Origin: a virus
Taxonomy: Duplodnaviria; Caudoviricetes
Direction: 5' to 3' (one strand)
DNA: 24,220 bases
Virus record (IMG/VR): IMGVR_UViG_3300012953_004365
Coordinates: 1 to 24,220 of that record
The notes beneath the pieces are model-generated. The model saw only the letters and a list, made by a program, of their open reading frames with translations. It was not told the origin of the DNA and did no database searches. The position numbers and the translations under genes were made by a program. Shown here piece after piece: positions 17,248 to 24,220 of this stretch; the first letter of the stretch is position 1, and each line of letters opens with the position of its first letter.

Positions 17248-18474
17248 ATGGCTAAACAACTATTAAGTCTTGGTACTAATGCTAACGACAACACGGGAGA
17301 TACTCTCCGTGCTGGAGGTGATAAAGTTAATGACAACTTTAATGAGATGTACACTGCTTTGGGTAATGGTACTGATTTAACCATTAGTCTATCTTCTGCA
17401 GGTAGTGGTCAGGTATTACGTTATAATGGAACAAACTTTGTTGCTTCAGATTATTTAAACTTAACATCTGCACTGGATGTTAACGGGAACTCAATTATAT
17501 CAGCTAGTAATGGTAATATTAATATTGCTCCGAATGGAACGGGTAATCTGACTATTGGTAATGCAAGTATTACTAATACCTTTAATGGAACTGATGGAAC
17601 TATTGATTTTCCAACTAAAGTAAAGTATAAGAATGAATTTCCTACACTTGCTGGATCTCCTGCAGCTGCAACATATACAGGATATTTCTTCACCGTAGAT
17701 GGTGATGATAACCCATATGTAAATATTAATATTACTGCTGGTGGTGCTGGTGATGTTCAGGCAAAACTTTTAACACAGTATTCTAGTGTTGATCTTTTAA
17801 AGGATATTGACATTACTACTGCTGCACCTACTGAAGGACAAGTTCTGAAATGGAGTGTTAGTGGAGCAAAATTTGTTCCTGGTGATGATGCTGCTGGAGC
17901 AAGTCAACAGAACCTATGGGCAACTTTTGGTGGTGATACTGGCACAACAAGTGCTAACACTACAACTGATACGTTAACCATTGCTGGTGGTACTAATATT
18001 GCTACAGCAGTGTCGGGTGATACCTTGACGGTTAACTTTGATGGTACACTTGTCACAACATTAGCATCTTTAACAGATACGAGTGTTGCAGGTGTTGTAC
18101 AGGGTAACTCATTATTCTGGAATGGAACTAATTGGGCTGTAGTTGATAGTCCTGTTATGTGGTGGGAGTTAGGTTCTAATGGAAGCACAGACTATACTTT
18201 TGATGGTCCTGGTTTTGCTTCTGCAACTAATGACCCAACTCTTTATGTAAGTAGAGGTTTTACCTATGCTTTTGATAACACTACAATGGGTGGTGCTCAT
18301 CCCTTTAGAATACAGAGCACACAGGGTTTAACTGGAACTCCATATACTGCTGGTCAATCTGGTAGTGGAACCAGTGTTCTCTATTGGACTGTTCCTATGG
18401 ATGCTCCATCAACTCTATATTATCAGTGTACACTCCATGCATCTATGCAAGGACAAATCAACGTTGTAAGTTAA
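17248..18474 (+). CDS. gp9: Baseplate wedge tail-fibre connector-like protein (T4 gp9/gp10 N-terminal domain) with C-terminal cupredoxin-like domain, 408 aa
   Basis: N-terminus MAKQLLSLGTNANDNTGDTLRAGGDKVNDNFNEMYTALGNG is the gp9/gp10 family signature. Fibre-like GQVLxW/Y repeats follow. C-terminus HPFRI...LYYQCTLHASMQG. Assignment to gp9 rather than gp10 rests on size and context. Confidence 0.8.
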   Translation: MAKQLLSLGTNANDNTGDTLRAGGDKVNDNFNEMYTALGNGTDLTISLSSAGSGQVLRYNGTNFVASDYLNLTSALDVNGNSIISASNGNINIAPNGTGNLTIGNASITNTFNGTDGTIDFPTKVKYKNEFPTLAGSPAAATYTGYFFTVDGDDNPYVNINITAGGAGDVQAKLLTQYSSVDLLKDIDITTAAPTEGQVLKWSVSGAKFVPGDDAAGASQQNLWATFGGDTGTTSANTTTDTLTIAGGTNIATAVSGDTLTVNFDGTLVTTLASLTDTSVAGVVQGNSLFWNGTNWAVVDSPVMWWELGSNGSTDYTFDGPGFASATNDPTLYVSRGFTYAFDNTTMGGAHPFRIQSTQGLTGTPYTAGQSGSGTSVLYWTVPMDAPSTLYYQCTLHASMQGQINVVS

Positions 18475-18479
18475 TATAA

Positions 18480-21400
18480 ATGGCAAGAACTGTTCCTGGA
18501 TCTGGTGCTGTAATAGACCCAATATTTGATGAAACATTTGGTGTTCGTGCAGTAGAAGTATTAAACGGTGGATCTGGATACTCTGTATCCGACCCCCCTA
18601 AACTTTCTGTGACTGGTTGTGGAACTCCTGATGTAGAAGCACTTCTTTATCCAATCATTGATGAAGATTCAGGTAAGATTATTCATGTTCGTGTTCTGAA
18701 TAGAGGTTCAGGATATGATCCTTTGCGTTTACAAATTGTTCCAACTGCGGAAACACCTAATGTTGTAAACTCGTTTGATATCAATAGAATTTGGCAAGGA
18801 CATCCCAACTCTACAACTGCTGGAGTCTTTGCACTTACTGGGACAACAAAAACTGATAGATTAACAATAACATCTGATAATCATGAGAAACCCACTTGGA
18901 CATTAGCAGAAGCAGCACCAGGTGGTGGTCCTTTAGTAGATAGAACATTTAATCAGCAATTTATATACAGAGGTGGTAAGGACGTTCCTAATCCTGGTAC
19001 TAGAGAGTTACAACCAGATAAGGTTGTTGGTATCATGGCAAATGGAGGTTTACTCCATACTCCTGAATGGGGTCCAGATGGTAATGCTCCTGTAGGACAT
19101 TCTCTTGACTCAGTTAAACACAATTATGTTAAGAGTAATGATATATACGATGCTGTAACTGAAAATAATGTCAAATATTATCAATCAAATAAACTAATAA
19201 ATGAATTTGAATTAAGTAATGGTGTATTTGATTGGGGTAATCTAATACCTTTTGTATGGAATGTAAAGGTTGAACTTGATAATATTATGTTAACTGTATC
19301 TAATGTTGATGAAACATTAGGAACTATTGAAGTTGGTAGATTAGTTGATGAAATTGCTGGAAATGCTAGAGGTGAAATTGCTAAAGTTGTTAGAAATGGT
19401 CAGGGTATTGTAACTAGAATATATCTTAGAGCACTTTCTGTTGATGCATCATTCTCTCAAGGAGATGGATGCTTAGGATCTAATGGATTTAATTTTGTTA
19501 TTCAAGATGTTCCATTAGCATTTACAACTGGTGTTTTCTATATTGATTTTGGAACAGAAGCACATGAGTTTGGAGCATTTACACCAGGTGCTTATTATAT
19601 GTCTCCTGAAAATATTCAGGTTCAAAGAAATTATCTAATTATTTGGAATCAAAGTGATGCCAGTAACTCTGCTGGAGCACAAGGTCATCCAATGAGATTC
19701 AGCACTACACCAGATGGTCCTTTAAATAACAGTCCTGGTACTTTATACTATAAGAGCACAGGTGTAACAGAAGCACCTGCTGCCGATTATGAGAATATCT
19801 ACCAACCTTTATTCATAATGAATCAGGATGAATCCGCAAGGATTTATTATCATTGTGCATATCACAGATATATGTCTGGATATGAGGGTGATGAAGGATA
19901 TATGATTTTCAATTCGGAAATCGATAACGATCCAAGACCAAATACTTATTACACTGATAATTTTTATCAAAGTGATGCTAATGATCCTGCTACTATTGAC
20001 CGTTCTAGACATGTAGATGGTCACTCTAAAATATTGGGTATGTCCTATGATGGATATCCAATATATGGTCCTTGGGGATATAATCCTTCTGGAACTGCTA
20101 TTAGAGAAACTTCAGGATATCGTTTAAGAACTTCAATTGAATTAGCTGGTAATAGACCTATAGTAACTACAGCAAGTACTGTTACATATAACGTTACTGT
20201 TTCTAATGGAAAATATCTTTTCGACGGTGCTTCCCCATCATTCCTAAATTTACAACGTGGTAAGACTTATGTCTTTAACCTAGATGATTCTAGTAATGAC
20301 AGTCAGCAATTATTGATAGGAATAAATGAAGATGGTTGGCATAGTCAAAACCCCGTTATTATTGGAGATACTACACAGTTATTTGCTGGTCCTGGTATCA
20401 CTTATACTATTGATAGTTCTACAACAACATATACTGGTTATCTTACTGGGTTTAACGGAGCAACGACAAGATCAATTACGTTTGAAGTTCCCGTAACTGC
20501 ACCTGCTGCACTGTACCTATTTGCATATACAGCTTCAGGTTATGGACTTAGAACTGTTCAGGATGGATATATTTTAGGAGATTTGATTGATGATAATATC
20601 TTTGATGAGTCTGTTCTTTGGGATAGTGGAACTGCTTATGTTATAGCAGAAACTGTAAAGAACTCATCTGATGTAATTTATGAAGCAACTGCTGCTATTA
20701 ATAGTGGTGGGTCACAACCTGTTCATACTAGTGGAACCACTAATAATTGGAAATTCATTGGTAATAAAGGAACTTTGGATGCTTATAATGGTAAATTTGC
20801 AGTAACTCCAGAATATCCTAATGGAACATATGCATATTATATGATAGAAGATAGTAGTAGTAATCCTGTCTATCCATATGCTATAGGTCCAAGATTTTAT
20901 GGATCACCTTTATTTGAAGGTGATACACCACCTGCAGCACCTGATACTTTTCCAACTATTGCAGAGGGTGATGTTGTTTTAAGTACTGATAATCCAGGCA
21001 CAATATCTTACATTAAGATGACTAAGAAGGGTGATAACTTCTTTAGTTCTGCTAATGCAAAAATTCTTGGTGGTCAAGGTACTGGTGCTACAGGAACCCC
21101 TACAGTTCAAACAGTTACTGGTCTTTCATTAACTAATCAAGGTAGAAATTATGCTACACCTCCAACACTCATCTTTGAAGGTGGTGGAGGACAAGGTGCT
21201 CAAGGTGCTGCTGAGATTGATATTTTAGGTAAGGTTTCTAGTATCAGTGTTGTTAATCCTGGTGAATACTACGATGAACCTCCTTATATTTTAATTACTG
21301 GTGGTGGAGGTATCGGTGCTAAAGCAGAAGCAACTGTATCACAAGGTGCTGTTACTGGTATTGTTGTTACTGAACCAGGTGAAAATTATACTGGATCTCC

Positions 21401-22823
21401 TAACGTTATCTTTACAAAACTTGTTAATCTTAAACGTAAGACTAGAGCAAGACAGGCATTTAACTCATCTAATATATTCTTAACTGGTCTTGTTAAATCA
21501 GTTGACCCATCTGATACAACAATATATGTTAATAACACTGATGCATATGCAGGTTCTGGTACTATTATTCTTAATAGAGAAACCATTACCTATACTTCTA
21601 AAGGAGCAGGTAGATTTACTGGTGTAACTAGAGGTGTTAACTTCAACTATGACCAGAGAATAATACTTGATGCTGGTCAGAATAATAACGAAGGTATTTC
21701 AACTTACGAATTCCAAGTTGGTGATAGAGTTATTAGAAAGGTTGAAAATGCTGCAAACAAAGTTGCTAAAGTATATGACTGGAATCCTTCAACTAGAGAG
21801 TTATTAGTTGTATTTGAAATTGATGAGTTAGCATTTATTGATGGTGGTTTACCTTCTACAGAAGACGCTATTGTTCAGTTTGATGCTGGTGTTGCTGCTT
21901 CTGCTCCAAGTGGATTCCAACCTCATGTAATTTTAACTACAGGACAGATTGGTAATAGTATACCACTATTAACTGCTCCAACACTTACAACATTACAGGA
22001 TGCAGCATTTGAAGATAATGATGAAAACTCTGGTGCAGGAGATGGTATTCCTGATCTAGTAAATACTAGTACAGACTTTGAAAACCAAATCAGTCTTGAT
22101 GGTGGTATCTTTAGTTCATTATATGGTATTGAAGCAACTCAGGGTGGTCAGAACACTACTCTATTCCAAGTTGGTGATAATATTAAGGATGGATCAATAC
22201 CATTTAAATATGCCACTGTAGGCACTGCAGGTGCTCTTGCAGACGGTGTAGATCATACTGCACTAGTCAAACTATACCTTGATGCTAATAACGCTAATGG
22301 TTTGAGTTTCAGTGTTAACGAAGTTGTAACAGGTGCTATCTCTGGAGTTATTGGAACTGTTGTTACTTGGGATCCTGTAGAGGTAAGTCTCACTGTTAAG
22401 GATATCGTTCCATATAATACAGGTGATGTAAACGTTGGTATTGGTGGTTTACTTTATAAATTCTCTGATAAGGGTACAATTGTTGATTACTTTGTTCAAT
22501 CACCAGGAACTAACTACACTGCAGTTCCAACTGTAGCAATTGAAAATATTGGTGATATACAAGCAACTGGCACAGTAGTTATGTCAACTGCTGGTGACCA
22601 AGTATCTTCTATAACTATAAACAACGGTGGTTATGGAATCACACAATCTGTTGATGGATCATATAACATTCATCCTACAGTAACATTCACTCCTGCTGCT
22701 GGTGACACCACTGGAACTGGTGCTGTTGCATATGCAATTATGGGTGGAGAAAACGTTGTTGGTAATGGTGGTGCGACATATCGTATCAAGTCAATTGAAT
22801 ATACTACACAGGTTCGTTCGTAA
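18480..22823 (+). CDS. Mosaic baseplate structural protein, 1,447 aa (baseplate wedge initiator-type gene position; split YHYH domain, cupredoxin-like domains, GxGY repeats)
   Basis: Long ORF directly upstream of gp8, the position of gp7 in T4. Contains GHSKILGMSYDGYPIYGPWGY and GTLDAYNG...TPEYPNGTYAYY (YHYH-family motifs), YYHCAYHRYM, and several VxxxGxxYxxPPxxxxxGGGGxGA repeats. Confidence 0.85.
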   Translation: MARTVPGSGAVIDPIFDETFGVRAVEVLNGGSGYSVSDPPKLSVTGCGTPDVEALLYPIIDEDSGKIIHVRVLNRGSGYDPLRLQIVPTAETPNVVNSFDINRIWQGHPNSTTAGVFALTGTTKTDRLTITSDNHEKPTWTLAEAAPGGGPLVDRTFNQQFIYRGGKDVPNPGTRELQPDKVVGIMANGGLLHTPEWGPDGNAPVGHSLDSVKHNYVKSNDIYDAVTENNVKYYQSNKLINEFELSNGVFDWGNLIPFVWNVKVELDNIMLTVSNVDETLGTIEVGRLVDEIAGNARGEIAKVVRNGQGIVTRIYLRALSVDASFSQGDGCLGSNGFNFVIQDVPLAFTTGVFYIDFGTEAHEFGAFTPGAYYMSPENIQVQRNYLIIWNQSDASNSAGAQGHPMRFSTTPDGPLNNSPGTLYYKSTGVTEAPAADYENIYQPLFIMNQDESARIYYHCAYHRYMSGYEGDEGYMIFNSEIDNDPRPNTYYTDNFYQSDANDPATIDRSRHVDGHSKILGMSYDGYPIYGPWGYNPSGTAIRETSGYRLRTSIELAGNRPIVTTASTVTYNVTVSNGKYLFDGASPSFLNLQRGKTYVFNLDDSSNDSQQLLIGINEDGWHSQNPVIIGDTTQLFAGPGITYTIDSSTTTYTGYLTGFNGATTRSITFEVPVTAPAALYLFAYTASGYGLRTVQDGYILGDLIDDNIFDESVLWDSGTAYVIAETVKNSSDVIYEATAAINSGGSQPVHTSGTTNNWKFIGNKGTLDAYNGKFAVTPEYPNGTYAYYMIEDSSSNPVYPYAIGPRFYGSPLFEGDTPPAAPDTFPTIAEGDVVLSTDNPGTISYIKMTKKGDNFFSSANAKILGGQGTGATGTPTVQTVTGLSLTNQGRNYATPPTLIFEGGGGQGAQGAAEIDILGKVSSISVVNPGEYYDEPPYILITGGGGIGAKAEATVSQGAVTGIVVTEPGENYTGSPNVIFTKLVNLKRKTRARQAFNSSNIFLTGLVKSVDPSDTTIYVNNTDAYAGSGTIILNRETITYTSKGAGRFTGVTRGVNFNYDQRIILDAGQNNNEGISTYEFQVGDRVIRKVENAANKVAKVYDWNPSTRELLVVFEIDELAFIDGGLPSTEDAIVQFDAGVAASAPSGFQPHVILTTGQIGNSIPLLTAPTLTTLQDAAFEDNDENSGAGDGIPDLVNTSTDFENQISLDGGIFSSLYGIEATQGGQNTTLFQVGDNIKDGSIPFKYATVGTAGALADGVDHTALVKLYLDANNANGLSFSVNEVVTGAISGVIGTVVTWDPVEVSLTVKDIVPYNTGDVNVGIGGLLYKFSDKGTIVDYFVQSPGTNYTAVPTVAIENIGDIQATGTVVMSTAGDQVSSITINNGGYGITQSVDGSYNIHPTVTFTPAAGDTTGTGAVAYAIMGGENVVGNGGATYRIKSIEYTTQVRS

Positions 22824-22827
22824 CCCG

Positions 22828-22835
22828 CATAAATA
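22828..22835 (+). promoter_or_regulatory. Putative T4-type late promoter CATAAATA upstream of gp8, followed by a GAGGA/AGGA Shine-Dalgarno-like sequence
   Basis: Lies in the 38-nt intergenic gap; one mismatch to TATAAATA; gagga at 22841-22845 and agga at 22857-22860; ATG at 22862. Confidence 0.72.
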
Positions 22836-22861
22836 AACAAGAGGACAATAGTCACTAGGAC

Positions 22862-24220
22862 ATGGCAGCTCTATTAACTGATCAATTTAGAATTTTTTCA
22901 GCGCAAAAATTCATTAAAGCTCTTGAGGGGCCGAATGCAACTCAAAGCGACACGGATGCTGGTGCAACGAGAGATCGTTTGTACTTATTCATCGGTAGAC
23001 CCCAATCGTGGGATAACGAAAACTCACCGCCTCAAGCGGTAGACTCATTCGCAGAATTTTCTGGTGCTTATGATGATATGGTTTCTCTGAAGAGAGTCCT
23101 TGCTTCAGATACCGTTCAGGTGGTTCGTAGAATTGACTGGGTTTCCCCAGAACAAACTACTGGTGGATTAGGTTTTACCTATGACATGTATCGCCAAGAC
23201 TATTCTCCAAGTAAAACTGCTGCCTCTGGTGCTACTAAACTATATGATTCTGATTTTTACGTTGTAAACTCTCAGTATCAAGTATATAAGTGCATCTATA
23301 ACGGAACTTCACCTTCCGATCCTAACGGAAAACCTTCGACTGTTGAACCAACTGGAACATCTACTTCTATCATTACTACTGGTGATGGTTATCGTTGGAA
23401 GTATATGTATACTATTCCTGTTGCGTCAGTTCTTAAGTTCTTCTCTACAGACTATATGCCTGTCTTTACCAATGATTCGGTTAAGACAAACGCTGTTTCT
23501 GGTGAGATTGACACAGTAGTTATTAACGCTGCTGGAACTGGTTATAACAATGGAACGTATGATAACGTTTCTATCAATGGTGACGGAACTGGTGGTCGTG
23601 TTTCCATCGTTGTTGACGGTGGTAAAGTTATATCAGCAACTGTTACCTCTGGTGGTACTGGATATACATTCGGTAAAATCAGTGTTGATAACATAACTGG
23701 TATTGGAACAGGAACTGGTGGACAAGTTGATGTTATCATTCCACCTCCAGGTGGTCATGGTGCTGATGCTGTTGTAGAGATCGGTGCTTTCCGAGTCATG
23801 ATCAACGCTAAACTCTCATATGATGAGGGTGCTGGTGACTTCCCAATTGATAACGACTACAGAAGAATTGGTCTTATCACTAATCCTTTAAAGTTTGGAA
23901 CTGCAGAATTAATTGCAGACTTGACTGTATCTGCTACTAAAGCAGTTATATTCTCTCCTACTTTCCAAGGTAATTATGTTCCTGATGAAATTATTACACA
24001 AACTCGTGTTGTTGGTGGAACCAACGTTACTGCGAGAGCAAGAGTAATTTCTTGGAATGCAACTACAAAAGTTTTGAAATACTATCAAAACTCAGTGGAT
24101 GGTATCTTCCCTGAAGTTACTGGTACACAAAATGAGTTTGATGGATCTAACGTTATAAGTGGAGCAACTTCAGGTGCTGCTGGTCAACCAGACGTAAACT
24201 TTCCTGCTGTTCCAAACTCT
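22862..24220 (+). CDS. gp8: Baseplate wedge subunit gp8 (3'-truncated, 453 codons in window)
   Basis: Not in the ORF track because it has no stop in the window. Translation MAALLTDQFRIFSAQKFIKALEG...LYLFIGRPQSWDNENSPP...DDMVSLKRV...VVRRIDW...YDMYR...FYVVNSQYQVYKCIYN...EPTG...GDGYRWKYMYTIP...DYRRIGLITNP carries the hallmark gp8 motifs. Confidence 0.93.
   Translation, partial: MAALLTDQFRIFSAQKFIKALEGPNATQSDTDAGATRDRLYLFIGRPQSWDNENSPPQAVDSFAEFSGAYDDMVSLKRVLASDTVQVVRRIDWVSPEQTTGGLGFTYDMYRQDYSPSKTAASGATKLYDSDFYVVNSQYQVYKCIYNGTSPSDPNGKPSTVEPTGTSTSIITTGDGYRWKYMYTIPVASVLKFFSTDYMPVFTNDSVKTNAVSGEIDTVVINAAGTGYNNGTYDNVSINGDGTGGRVSIVVDGGKVISATVTSGGTGYTFGKISVDNITGIGTGTGGQVDVIIPPPGGHGADAVVEIGAFRVMINAKLSYDEGAGDFPIDNDYRRIGLITNPLKFGTAELIADLTVSATKAVIFSPTFQGNYVPDEIITQTRVVGGTNVTARARVISWNATTKVLKYYQNSVDGIFPEVTGTQNEFDGSNVISGATSGAAGQPDVNFPAVPNS

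Noticed and set aside
18154-18474. Plastocyanin (petE) auxiliary metabolic gene
   Set aside because: The Cu-ligand motif is the C-terminal domain of a gp9-like structural protein, with no signal peptide or separate start.
18475-18482. TATAAATG as a late promoter for the 1,447-aa gene
   Set aside because: It overlaps the start codon, so a transcript from it would lack the ATG; the 5-nt gap fits co-transcription with the upstream gene.
17224-22861. Rho-independent terminators or RNA genes in the intergenic gaps
   Set aside because: Gaps are only 24, 5 and 38 nt, with no GC-rich hairpin followed by a T-tract.
414-23739. Short alternative-frame and minus-strand ORFs in the track (60-106 aa)
   Set aside because: All lie within or across long plus-strand genes, show no recognisable motifs, and have the Leu- or Ser/Cys-rich composition expected of shadow frames.

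Overview
An AT-rich, all-plus-strand, almost fully coding segment of a T4-like myovirus baseplate module, most likely from a marine cyanophage (inferred from gene content and sequence style). It holds four structural genes: (1) a 5'-truncated giant virion protein of more than 5,740 aa (<1..17223) with a gp7-like baseplate wedge motif; (2) a gp9/gp10-family protein ending in a cupredoxin-like domain; (3) a 1,447-aa mosaic baseplate protein with a split, degenerate YHYH domain; (4) gp8 baseplate wedge (22862..>24220), which the ORF track missed. Two T4 late-promoter-like CATAAATA boxes precede genes 2 and 4. The main observation is at 5911..12582 in the giant gene. About 21 copies of a ~106-aa His/Cys/YPR domain are not tandem but inserted inside one another's loops. 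Parsed by hand, their segments close like balanced brackets, giving a branched tree 8 levels deep with 7 tips in one polypeptide. The tree itself sits in a loop of a helical repeat. All parsing was done by eye, without database searches.
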